A stretch of DNA of 63,608 bases, counting the filler, from Octopus bimaculoides (lineage: Eukaryota): NCBI RefSeq assembly GCF_001194135.2. It is 6 parts of 6 records of this genome, joined end to end, with 100 filler letters (N's around TTAATTAATTAA, not from the genome) between each part and the next. Parts side by side here need not be neighbours in the genome. Positions count along the whole stretch, not along the records: positions 1 to 27,504 come from NC_068987.1; positions 27,605 to 47,542 come from NC_069004.1; 4 more parts are not named here. The stretch is one strand, 5' to 3'. Made by a program: the position numbers and the translations under genes. The notes under the pieces were generated by a model. That model was not told where the DNA came from. It saw only the letters and a program-made list of their open reading frames with translations, and made no database searches. Positions 25,725-37,213 of this stretch are shown one piece after another (positions within the stretch are counted from its first letter, which is position 1; every line of letters starts with the position of its first letter).

Positions 25725-25889
25725 GTGAGTATTTATAATACAGATGGTAATTCAATTTTTAACTTGTATTTCAAAATAAGTTATAGCTTTGGTAATAGTT
25801 ACTTATTTCACTTTGGTGACTTTTTGTTGCAAGCGCCCGAAAGAAGTTAGCTCTTATTACTCTATCCAGTTATGAACATGGTACTTCAT

Positions 25890-26062
25890 ATCACGCCGGG
25901 CAAAATGCATTTTGTTCGACTTCAAATCCAAATTCCGCCGAGGTCGACTTTGTCTTTCATTCTTGCAGTATCGATAAAATAAGTACCAGTTGAGTACCTG
26001 GGATCGATGTAATCGACTTACTCCCTCCCTCGATATTTCTCGCCTTGTACCAAAGTTCGAAA
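25890..26062 (+). mobile_element. SINE family A
   Basis: cacgccgggcaaaatgc...aaattccgccgaggtcgactttgtctttcattc...gataaaataagtaccagttgagtac. Confidence 0.8.
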
Positions 26063-27204
26063 CTGAAGCATGCGCTATGTATAGTTTGTTTTCCTCTGTA
26101 AAAAGAACCTCGTTGTTTGTTTACATACGAAAGCTATATGTGTAGTTGTCGTCAATTTCATATTTTAAGTTTCAAGTTTATTTTTAGTCCCCCCCCCCAT
26201 CAGTTCTGCACTGTTCGAGCAGACCTGTAGTCAAAAACCTTTCCAGCTGTGACCATCTTATCTTGGCTCGAATTTTGAATTAATTGTTAATAGCGAAATG
26301 CTGTAGAGTAAATGGGAAGCTACCAGCAAATCAGATAAACTTAAGCAGTTACCTCTGTTATAACATTTTCTCTCACTAAAAGTTATTAACACTACAACAT
26401 CCTTTTAGCCCTAAACAACCTCCCCCACCAAAAGAAAGTGTGTTGCGTGGACTTCTCTCATACATTGCTGTTCAAATTGCGACTACCTTATTTCATTGCA
26501 TTCCTCTTTTCTTAAGACTTATTGAAGACATTTCGCTACTATTCTCGCAGTTCGAGCATCTACATAGAGGCGACTGGCTACCTGGTTGGGTTGATAATAA
26601 TTGATGTCTTAACTAAACATATATTCACAAGAACTTGTACATCTTTTTCTGGAGACTAAAATAAAATTATGCCTCTTCGCTACTCTTTCGTTACTTCACT
26701 TGTAGTTTTTATTAACCCCGACCAACTGTAGACAACATCGATTGCCACCAATAAAGGGATCCCTATATCTTGTAAAGGTTTTCAATGAAAAATGTTCTCT
26801 GCCCCCTCTTATAGTTTATCAAATCTTATTTACGGCGGAGTTTCGGGTCAGGACATCCACCTCAGTTGGATTTTCTCCATTTCGACCGGGATTTTTCCTA
26901 ATTCTTTTCACTACGGCCTTCGAAACTATGGTAGGGTGGGGGTGCATCTTTTTATGAAATAAAATTTTTTGAAAATTTGTGGTTTTTATCCACCCCGATT
27001 TTGGCCTTTTTTTTTTGTACTATGCACTTAAAAACCACGGGAAAAGCCTTTTCAGTTACCCCCAAAAATTGTAATTTTCAAACGAAAAGGTGACGATTTA
27101 AGAGAGATTTGATTGTTGTTTCTAGCACATCTCACAACCACCTTCGTTTCTTTGTCACTCACACGTATTGATTCTTTGCAATATTTTCTTTCCAATTTTC
27201 GTCT

Positions 27205-27350
27205 GTCTACGTTCTGAGTTCAAATTCCGCCGACTGTCTTTCATCCTTCGGGGTGGGGGTCTAATCGCGTACTGGTTCGATCTAATCGACTGCCACCCCT
27301 CGTTCCCCCAAAATTTAGTGCCTTGTGCCTAGAGTAGAAAAGAATATTTT
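27205..27350 (+). mobile_element. SINE family A
   Basis: ctacgttctgagttcaaattccgccgac...tttcatccttcgggg...ccccaaaatttagtgccttgtgcctagagtagaaaagaat. Confidence 0.7.
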
Positions 27351-27504
27351 CTTCCCATAAACGCATTTTATGGAATGATGAGGAAGTAAGCACACACAAA
27401 TATCTATCTATATATATATGGGAGAATGTACGAAAAAACAACAACAGACGAGGACAGGTGGTGTAAACAACAAAAGGATGTATTATATATATATATATAT
27501 ATAT

Positions 27505-27604
27505 NNNNNNNNNNNNNNNNNNNNNNNNNNNNNNNNNNNNNNNNNNNNTTAATTAATTAANNNNNNNNNNNNNNNNNNNNNNNNNNNNNNNNNNNNNNNN
27601 NNNN
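27505..27604. other. Artificial 100-bp join spacer (44 N + TTAATTAATTAA + 44 N)
   Basis: Exact counts from the sequence. The 12-mer at 27549-27560 is self-complementary and carries TAA in all six frames. Confidence 0.95.
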
Positions 27605-28018
27605 AGGTTACCGTGGTCTTTTCGTAGGTTTTTCTTTCCACGGATAACCTCCCCATTTATTGGGAATTTTTTGTATTTCGTATTTTTTGTAAATACCCCA
27701 AACGTTTTGCGATGTTTTTTTTTTCATCGTTGTCCCCACTTTTGTTTTTTTTCTGCTTTGTTTTCGACCCCCTCGAAAAGAAAAACTCTACATTTGTATT
27801 TTGTCCCCTCTGTGTTGAGCCCTGTGTGGCTAATAAAGAAACCTATCTATCTATCTATCTATCTATCTATCCAGCCGTCTATCCATCCGTCTATCTATCT
27901 ATCTTTCTATCCAGCTGTCTATCCATCCGTCTATCTATCTATCTACCTATCCATTTTTCTATCTGTCCATCTACCTATCCATTTATCTATCCGTCTATCT
28001 GTCTGTGTATCTGTCGCT

Positions 28019-28905
28019 TCTGTATATATTGGCCTTTGAGCCACTACTGCGGAAGCTGGCGACGCTGAGATGCGTCCCACGAGAGCTGGGATGCGGGAGG
28101 AGTGTGTCTACATACATGGACGATGTCACTGTCATAGTGTCAAGCCACAGGCATATCGACCTAGTCGGCGAGACACTAAAAGAATACAAAACAGTAACAG
28201 GAGCAAAAATTAACCAGAAACGTCAGTGGGCTTGAGGCTCAGCACCTGGAGAAGCAAGCCCATGCCGTCCAACAGTGTCTCCATCATGAGATGCTGGACC
28301 AACGGACTGGTTAAATTACTTGGAGTCTGGTTCGGTCCAGACCTTCAAATGGAGAAGAACTGGGGTGAGATAACGACCATGGTGGCCACTCTCACCCAGT
28401 AATGGGCCAAGAGGAAGCTATCCCTAAAAGGTCGGGCGGAGGTGGAAAACGCATACATCGCATCCGTCATCGATTACCATCTGACCGTCGTGCCTTGTCC
28501 CAACCCTACCATCACCAAACTGGAACACATACTCTTCCGCTTTTTGTGGAAGGGAAGCGTTCCGATGTTTAGGTGATCCATTTGCTGTCAACACCCGCTA
28601 AATGGAGGGCTAGGCATACCGCGGTTGATGATGCGCAGACATGCGCTGAGACTGCGACATCTCCGGCGCTTCATAGACGATGGTGAACAGGTGTGGTCAC
28701 CGTTTGTGCGGTGTGCTTTCCCGCAGCTCGTCTCTTTGGCCGAACTGCAGTCGTGGATCAAACGGAGACCGAGGCTAGGCGAATGGCACCGCGAGTGCCG
28801 CCGTGCTCTCAAGCAACTCTGCTGTCCAGGACCAAACGTGTGTGACTTCAACTCCATAAAGGCGTTCTATAGAAGATTAGTGGAGGGGAGGTGCGACTGT
28901 TATTT
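28019..28905 (+). mobile_element. L1/Tx1-clade LINE RT fragment
   Basis: LYILAFEPLLRKL...STYMDDVTVIVS...GETLKEY..VTGAKIN, then LLGVWFGPDLQMEKNW and LSLKGRAEV. Frameshifted; the 5' side abuts (TCTA)n at about 27843-28010. Confidence 0.85.
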
Positions 28906-29353
28906 GCTATTTATTGATTGTGTAGTTTATTGATTTTTGGAGTATGGTTTTTGAGGTATGTTTGTTTTTCTAGATATTTTTGAATGTCATTTTTCATTTT
29001 TGAACGTCATTTTTCATTGTTGAATTTGTTAATAGTTGGTTTTTCTCTAAATTATATATCTGTATATATATTGAAGGAAAGAAAATGGAGAGAATTGGAT
29101 GTATGAAAAATTTATTTGTATGTTAAAAAATGTTGAAAAATTTCTTTTAAAAACATTACAATAAATAAACTGTATATAAGTTGTAAAAGCTCAAAAAGAA
29201 TTTTAAAACCTACATGTGTTTCTGTGCTATCTCCTAGTTAATTAGAAATTCTGAGTATTTAGTTAAATGCTAAGAAAAAAAAGTCATATTCTAACTAGTG
29301 GTATTTCTTGGATTACATAATCCCTAATGAGGTTATAACTCCCTCGAATTGAC

Positions 29354-29392
<39 letters not shown>

Positions 29393-29397
29393 TGTGT

Positions 29398-29540
29398 GAC
29401 AGGCTTCTTTTTAGTTTTCATCTATCAGATTCATTGACAAGGCTTCGGTTGACCTTAGGCTATAATAGAAGACACCCATGGTGCTATGTTGTGGGATTGA
29501 ATCCAGAGGTGTGTGGTTGGGAAGCAAACCTCTTACCACA
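29398..29540 (-). mobile_element. SINE family B, 5' half
   Basis: Reverse complement of the family B head and core. Confidence 0.7.
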
Positions 29541-30027
29541 CAATAAACAAAAATGTCATTCTTGTAGTTCTATGTAAAACAGCCAGTGGGACCTAACTGA
29601 ATTTCTTTTCCTCTTTCCATATATGGAAGACAGACATTAAATGAGGATATGTGTGTATAAATGCAAAGTTTTGTGTATACTTTCTTGTCCCTTTTCTCCC
29701 CTTCTTTTGCATGTTGCTATCACTCAGCTGTCACCAGAATACTCAATTTTATTTCTTTTTACTCTCTCTTTGTCCTTCTCATTAAAAGTTTTTAAAAGCT
29801 TAACCATGTCCATTTTTCCCTTTCCTTTCTAGATTCCCCTAAAGCTATTTCTTTTCCTCTTTTTTTATCTTTCGCAGCCCCTTTTACTATTACGAGATTG
29901 TATTTACTTTCCTCTCCTTCTATAGCAGTATCTGGTAACACAGGCCTCCCTCAGACCCAGGTATCCACTGCCTGACACTGTCCCTCACTCAGTCGCTTTC
30001 AAGCATCAGTTTCAAGTGGATTTGTTA

Positions 30028-30192
30028 GGTGCAGGAATAGCTGTGTGGTAAGTAGCTTGCTTACCAACCACATGGTTCCAGGTTCAGTCCCACTGCGTGG
30101 CACCTTGGGCAAGTGCCTTCTACTATAGCCTCGGGCCGACCAAAGCCTTGTGAGTGGATTTGGTAGACGGAAACTGAAAGAAGCCCGTCGTA

Positions 30193-30235
<43 letters not shown>

Positions 30236-30448
30236 TTGTGTGTCTGTGTTTGTCCCCCCACAATCACTTGACAACCGATGCTGGTGTGTTTGCGTCCCCG
30301 TAACTTAGCGGTTCGGCAAAAAGAGACTGATAGAATAAGTACTAGGCTTACAAAGAATAAGTCCTGGAGTCGATTTTCTCGACTAAAGGTGGTGCTCCAG
30401 CATGGCCGCAGTCAAATGACTGAAACAAGTAAAAGAGTAAAAAAGTAA
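30028..30448 (+). mobile_element. SINE family B, full length (tRNA-like head, CORE-like centre, internal TA/TG microsatellite)
   Basis: A-box-like tagctgtgtgg, B-box-like ggttcagtccc, core gcgtggcaccttgggcaagtg, 3' end gtcaaatgactgaaacaagtaaaagagtaaaa. Confidence 0.85.
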
Positions 30449-30499
30449 ATTATATCTGAAATACCCCTAAAATGACTGGTAAAAGGAAAATACTTTCAT

Positions 30500-30770
30500 C
30501 TACAAATGCACCAGCTTAGAAGTCAAGGAATGTTATTGATTTAGACTGTAAAATGAAGATTATCTGGCAGTATGAAGGTGGAAAGAATTTGAATACAATA
30601 GCATGACTTGAAGCTATCTCGTTCCGCTGTGTCAACGATACTTAAGGACAAAGAAAGTATTCTTGAAGCTGTGAAAGGTTCTGCATCTATGAAGTCTACA
30701 ATTTTAACCAAACAACGACAGGGCCCCATTCATGAAATGGAGAAATTGTTATTCATGTGAATGGAAGATT
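30500..30770 (+). mobile_element. Tigger/pogo transposase N-terminal HTH remnant
   Basis: RNVIDLDCKMKIIWQYEGGK...LSRSAVSTILKDKESILEAVKGSASMKSTILTKQRQGPIHEMEKLL, with a stop and a frameshift. Resembles the Tigger/CENP-B-type DNA-binding domain. Confidence 0.8.
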
Positions 30771-31012
30771 TAATACCTGTTTGAATGAAAATAATGTTGA
30801 AAAATCTAAATCCGACATATGACCAGATTGACTTATGACTTGTCAGTTGGAACAGAAACTCGGTCGTAAGTCAAGGAGAAGGTACATTCATTATTTTTCC
30901 CTTCATTCATAAATACAGAAAGGAGGTTACATTAAAATTAAGTTTTGTGAACCCAGGCCAAGCTGCTGGAAGTCTGGAGCCTACCTGAACCTAGTACTGT
31001 CATCATACTTAA

Positions 31013-31233
31013 CCCTTTAGCATTTAAACTGGCCATATCCGGCCAAAAGTATTCTGCCTATTCAATGTTCAAACTGGCCAGATCTGGTCTCTCACACCAA
31101 CCCTACAATATCATTTTGAAAATTAACAGCTACCTCATCAAAATCTCATAGCTACAAGATAATGCATGATTAGTTCAAAACAATGTGGATGAAAAAGCAT
31201 TAATTTTGGCAGAATAATGCAAACACTAAAGGG
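31013..31233. mobile_element. piggyBac-type MITE, intact ends
   Basis: TTAA|CCCTTTAG ... CTAAAGGG|TTAA, with TSDs at 31009-31012 and 31234-31237. 221 bp, no ORF. Confidence 0.85.
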
Positions 31234-31634
31234 TTAAGTATGCAGGGGTAGCTATGTAATTCCCCCATGCTCAAATAGCATTCATAATCTATGTCCCCAC
31301 CACCACCACCACCACCACTTCTCTATCTTATTCCCACTTTCTCCTTCCACCACTTAATACTAACTTTTTAATCCCTTCTTTCCTATGCTTCTAAACTATT
31401 TAGAAGCATGAGGGCAATGATCTTCCTATCAATCAAGGTTTATCTCCAGCACACTTCCTTCCTTTCCTCTTCAGATCCCTCTCCTACAGCCTCATTCTTT
31501 CTCTCTTCACCCTTTCCCTGGCATCTTCACATCATCCCTCACTACATATTCCTCTCTCTCTCCTTCATTCGTTTCTCTCATTCTTCCCTGTTCTATTCTT
31601 AATTTGCTTTTATTTTATTTTATTTTGCGAACAG

Positions 31635-31932
31635 AACCAGGTCAATCAGAAACTGATCCCAAATCAATCGCTGACGACATCGAAGATATCGTTCTTGGCA
31701 TCACTCGACGATGTGTGTGACATCGATAAAGAGAAGCAGCAGAACATCAAGAAGGGCTTCAGCATGTTCGAAGGGATGTTGCTGGTCATGATGTCACTGA
31801 ACCTTTTCATGATGATGGGGTTCCTTGGCTGTATGGGGCTCTTCTACATCGAACTGCTTGACGAATTCAATCTCACCCGCTCCATTGCCTCGATGGTTGT
31901 ATCTGTACCCTGGGGATTTGCCTTTGGAAGTG
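31635..31932 (+). CDS. SLC16/monocarboxylate-transporter-like MFS protein, exon encoding N-terminus, TM1 and TM2 (partial gene)
   Basis: Acceptor ttttattttgcgaacAG| and an open frame NQVNQ...GMLLVMMSLNLFMMMGFLGCMGLFYIELLDEFNLTRSIASMVVSVPWGFAFGS. Phase-1 donor G|GTAAGT at the end of TM2. FYIELLDEFNLTRS..S.V.S resembles the MCT segment FF.EL..EF..S.S..AW..S. Codons are C/G-rich at the third position. Confidence 0.75.
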
Positions 31933-32010
31933 GTAAGTCAAGGAAAACTTGTTCAACAATGTTTCTGAGTGTGAGTTTGTATATGTGTGTGTGTATATAT
32001 ATATAAATAA

Positions 32011-32049
<39 letters not shown>

Positions 32050-32255
32050 NNNNNNNNNNNNNNNNNNNNNNNNNNNNNNNNNNNNNNNNNNNNNNNNNNN
32101 NNNNNNNNNNNNNNNNNNNNNNNNNNNNNNNNNNNNNNNNNNNNNNNNNNNNNNNNNNNNNNNNNNNNNNNNNNNNNNNNNNNNNNNNNNNNNNNNNNNN
32201 NNNNNNNNNNNNNNNNNNNNNNNNNNNNNNNNNNNNNNNNNNNNNNNNNNNNNNN

Positions 32256-32287
<32 letters not shown>

Positions 32288-33743
32288 TGTAAGAATGTGT
32301 CAAAAGAAAGATGTGTAATAGATACAGACTGGACAAATTATCTATAATCCAACATCAAAGGATAGGAGATGGGACCCAGGCAGATGAACATCAGCTATAG
32401 GTAATATACCAGTCGAGCAAATGAAAGTACAAAAGAATAAAAGAGGGGACAAACAGTTGATAATGGTGTCAAAGCATTTATAAAATTGTTATACTGAAGT
32501 GAGCATAAATATAATTAAACAGAAAGATAAAAACAGAAAAACTCAGGAAAGTGAGAATTCATATTAGTTCTTCGTTGGTGGGTAAATATCCTGGAAGTTC
32601 ATACTCTAATATCACAGATAAAAGAGAGGAGAATCCATGTAGTCTTTTGTAGTAGTCCTTCATGGATAGATAGTTATCTAGAGGATTCATGTTCTAACTT
32701 CCCAGATAAGAGTGAGGAGACTACAGACCATCCTTTGCAGCTGTTTCTGGTGTTTGTTGATCAATAAGTGCAATATTATGCATTGTGTGTTAGAGTATGA
32801 ACTTGCCAGATATCTATTTATCTGTGAAGAACTACTAAGAACTCTTGCTTTCCTTGTTTTCCTTGCTTAATTATATTTATACTCATTTCCATATAACTAA
32901 TTTATGAATGTTTTGATACCATTAACTGCTTGTCCCATCTTTTATTATATTATACTCAAATGCATGCACACACATGCACCACACATATACACACACATAT
33001 ACATGTGAGAATTTATTACAATTTCCCTAGGATTTTTGTTGACTTTTCTCAGTTCATTAAGATGGTCAACTAATCCATGATATCTATGTGTTATTTCCCT
33101 TAGCTCTCTTCTTTTTTCATTTTTGGCAATTATGCAAATTATATTGGCCAAAAGTCTTTGGGACTCATTTTTTCCTACTTTTCAAATTCTTTCTCCACTC
33201 ATCAAAGCAAGCCTCAGAAGACTATACTTTGCAGATGAGATTTAAGAAGACTGAAACATGGATGCTGTTTCCTTGCCTGCATACAGATATCAGATTTTTT
33301 TTCCTTCTAAATTAATTAGTTGTTAAATGTATTTAATTTACTGACTTATCAAATTATTAAATAATAAATAAAATGTATTAAGATTTACTAATTTAGTGAA
33401 TTTATCAGGCAATTAAACTTTAATTTATTCAAGCTATCTCCCCCTTTTCTTTGGCAGCAGCTACTGCTGTTGGTTTCTTGTCTCCTGTTAAAAAGTGACT
33501 TTGAATTAATTAGGAATGCTTCATATACATTCAGTATAATGTCATCCTCACCTAGGTGAATTATGTTCTACACACACATGCACACACATTCTCAGACAGA
33601 TACAGGTGTATCAAATATGGTGCAACATAAATTCTTGGTTTATCAAAATTATCTCTGCCTCTAGAGAATGTGTCACAGTTGACATTGTATTTGAAACCAG
33701 TGCCATATGAGAAGGGGAGGTACTCTCAAGAATTGAGGATTCT

Positions 33744-33976
33744 TGTTTCTCTATTGTCCACAAGGGGCTAAACATAGAGGGGACAAACAAGGACAGACAA
33801 AGGGAATAAGTCGATTACATCGACACCAGTGTGTAACTGGTACTTAATTTATCGACCCCGAAAGGATGAAAGGCAAAGTCGACCTCGGTGGAATTTGAAC
33901 TTAGAACGTAACGGCAGACGAAATACCGCTAAGCATTTTGCCTGGCGTGCTAATGATTCTGCCAGCTCACCGCCTT
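33744..33976 (-). mobile_element. SINE family A, full length with 18-bp TSD
   Basis: tcaagaattgaggattct is repeated exactly at 33726-33743 and 33977-33994. Minus-strand head ggcggtgagctggcagaatc (A box) and gttcaaattcc (B box). Confidence 0.92.
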
Positions 33977-34317
33977 TCAAGAATTGAGGATTCTGCAAAG
34001 TTAATATACCATCAAGGAAAAAAAGAACAGGTTTATTGTCTGGAGATAAGAAGACAACCGTGGACACGTGTTTCAGCCTCAAAAGACATCATCAGCACAG
34101 CAATTGTCCTAACCACTCTCTACCAGTGAAGGGTCTTAGATTTATACAAAAAAAAAAGTAGAACACATTTATGGTCAATGTAATTTGCATAAATTAAACA
34201 AAAATGAGCTAAAGGAAATAACTCAGAGAAGCTAGTAGTTTGCATATGAAAAGAAATAGACATATACAGCTATGTCTAATGCCATACAACATAAACTTTT
34301 GATTGATTTATGTGTAT

Positions 34318-34394
<77 letters not shown>
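34318..34394. repeat. (TG)n microsatellite
   Basis: Uninterrupted TG run of about 38 units; one of many TA/TG/CA/AG tracts. Confidence 0.95.
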
Positions 34395-34395
<1 letters not shown>

Positions 34396-34923
34396 ACATC
34401 AATACATTCGTATTTATATTCTGTACATACATACTTATATATGTATACATAAATCTGAAAAAGTATTTTGTTCTCACTCACAGTTGTTACACAAATCTAT
34501 AAATTTTATGTATTTTTTTCTTTCCTTTCTTGTTTTAAATTCTAAAATATCAATCTTATTGTTATTGTCATTATTACATCTTATCATCAATTATCTTAAA
34601 GTATTGATTGCATCATCTAATTTGTAATTGCTTCATTTGCATAATGCATTTTGTTAATTACCTTTCTCTCTACTCCGCATACTTCATTCCTATAAAATTT
34701 ATTACCAAATTCTTTGAACAGTAACAACAAAAATATGTTCTTAGTTGCAGCTTGACAACAACAAATATATACATTATACGCACATACATGTATACACTAC
34801 AAACACACATAAATGCACAAAGCACTCTGACAAGAAAAACCTCAAAGCTACTGTCACCCCTGTTCTTGTAAAAGTATAGTATATATATACGCCTAGGTAA
34901 ACAACCTTTTAAGTACACATATG

Positions 34924-34964
<41 letters not shown>

Positions 34965-35456
34965 ATATATGTTTGTATATGTAAAAGATGGAGATGGAAA
35001 TAGTACAGTAGTATGTCTAAGAGGAAATTAAATAAAAAATTATATAAAGAAAGTATTACCAGTTTTGACGTATCTCATCTTGAAGTAAAAACAGTTTATC
35101 TTCTGTCAGGGTGTCAAACTATTTTTACTTCAAATTTAAAAAAAATTTTACTGCTATTTGATAAGATGAGATACATCGAAACTGGTAATATTTTTATTTA
35201 GATAATCTTTTATTAAATTCCCTCTTAAATTGAAATGTCTTAGACTTACTTGTGTACTATATCTAGTTTCATCTTTTATATATAAAAATTTGATTTGTAT
35301 AGATCCCTAATCTTTTTTCAGCCTACATATATGTGAATAAACTCATCTAAATGATGCAAAAATGAAAATAACACTTGACACATCTCATTTTCACAGATAT
35401 ATTTACCAAAATTATGTAAAAATATCTTGAAATACTAGAGAGTAGATTTATTAAAT

Positions 35457-35632
35457 AGACGCAGGAGTGGCTGTGTGGGAAGTAGCTTGCTTACCAACCA
35501 CATGGTTCCGGGTTCAGTAACACTGCGTGGCACCTTTGGCAAGTGTCTTCTACTATATATAGCCTCGAGCCGACCAAAGCCTTGTGAGTAGATTTGGTAG
35601 ACAGAAACTGAAAGAAGCCTGTCGTATATATG

Positions 35633-35679
<47 letters not shown>

Positions 35680-35836
35680 GTGTGTATATGTTTGTGTGTC
35701 TGTGCTTGTCCCTCCAACATCGCTTGACAACCGATGCTGGTGTGTTTAAGTCCCTGTAACTTAGCGGTTCGGCAAAAAGAGACCGATAGAATAAGTACTA
35801 GGCTTACAAAGAATAAGTCCTGGGGTCGATTTGCTC
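35457..35836 (+). mobile_element. SINE family B, truncated by N gap
   Basis: Near-collinear with 30028-30448. Confidence 0.85.
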
Positions 35837-36264
35837 NNNNNNNNNNNNNNNNNNNNNNNNNNNNNNNNNNNNNNNNNNNNNNNNNNNNNNNNNNNNNNNN
35901 NNNNNNNNNNNNNNNNNNNNNNNNNNNNNNNNNNNNNNNNNNNNNNNNNNNNNNNNNNNNNNNNNNNNNNNNNNNNNNNNNNNNNNNNNNNNNNNNNNNN
36001 NNNNNNNNNNNNNNNNNNNNNNNNNNNNNNNNNNNNNNNNNNNNNNNNNNNNNNNNNNNNNNNNNNNNNNNNNNNNNNNNNNNNNNNNNNNNNNNNNNNN
36101 NNNNNNNNNNNNNNNNNNNNNNNNNNNNNNNNNNNNNNNNNNNNNNNNNNNNNNNNNNNNNNNNNNNNNNNNNNNNNNNNNNNNNNNNNNNNNNNNNNNN
36201 NNNNNNNNNNNNNNNNNNNNNNNNNNNNNNNNNNNNNNNNNNNNNNNNNNNNTATATATATATA

Positions 36265-36320
36265 TCATCGTTTAATGTCCGCTTTCCATGCTAGCATGAA
36301 AAGCAGACGTTAAACGATGA
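36265..36320. repeat. 56-bp palindrome made of two RTE-type 3' tails fused in inverted orientation
   Basis: tcatcgtttaatgtccgctttccatgc-ta-gcatgaaaagcagacgttaaacgatga, centred on CATGCTAGCATG. Confidence 0.85.
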
Positions 36321-36322
36321 TG

Positions 36323-36369
<47 letters not shown>

Positions 36370-36704
36370 CATACATATATACCCACATATATATACATAT
36401 ATACCCACATATATATATATATACACACATATATATACATACACACATATATACCCACATATATATATATATATATATAGTTTACTGTTCTGTTAAGGCA
36501 GGATCTACAAAGAAAGTACTTCATCGAGTGAGAGATAAATATCATTTTATCATCATAATCATCCTCATCCTTTAACATCTGTTTTCTGTGCTGGCATGGG
36601 TTGGATGGTTTGACCAGGACTAGCAAGCTGATGAGCTGCACCAAGCTGTAGTCTTATTTGGCTTGCTTTCTATATGGCTTGATGCCATGAACACAGTATC
36701 GGAC

Positions 36705-36946
36705 CATTATGCATTCAGATTACTCTGTCAAATGCTTATTTATTCACATCATTTTGTAATGCCTATTCATATCATTTTGAATTAATCTTGTATTATCTTG
36801 TAGCTTCAAGTGTTTGATGACATGGTAGTTTATTTTTAGAATGACATTGTAAGGTCGGTGTGAGGGGCCAAATTTGGGCCAGTTTGAATGTAAAGCAGGT
36901 GTAAAATTTGGGCCAGATATTGTCAGTTTAAATGCTAAAAGGTTAA
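36705..36946. mobile_element. piggyBac-type MITE, opposite orientation to 31013-31233
   Basis: Ends tttaaatgctaaaaggTTAA. Body is the reverse complement of the 31013 copy. Left end decayed. Confidence 0.65.
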
Positions 36947-37170
36947 GATAAGAGCTACTTATAGTTTCTTGCCAATGTGATGCTGATAGTTACTAATAGT
37001 TACGTAAAATAAGAGCTATGTTATATAACTCTGCCTAATCACAGTGTCTCTATGACAAGGAAGTATCGGAAACACTTGTTTTAAATACTGTCTGCATTAA
37101 ATGGTAATAATCTCTCACTGGATGGAGCACTTTTTTTGTTAATCTTACCTTATTGGAACAGTAAACTATA

Positions 37171-37213
<43 letters not shown>

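Noticed and set aside
30028-30110. SINE heads as tRNA genes
   Set aside because: A- and B-box-like motifs only; no complete cloverleaf, and each continues into a SINE body.
32330-32850. Possible decayed CR1/L2 fragment on the minus strand
   Set aside because: Only a vague resemblance; no motif could be read reliably.
33438-33500. Acceptor-like tttggcAG followed by AATAVGFLSPVKK*
   Set aside because: Would truncate the transporter after TM2; no family similarity.
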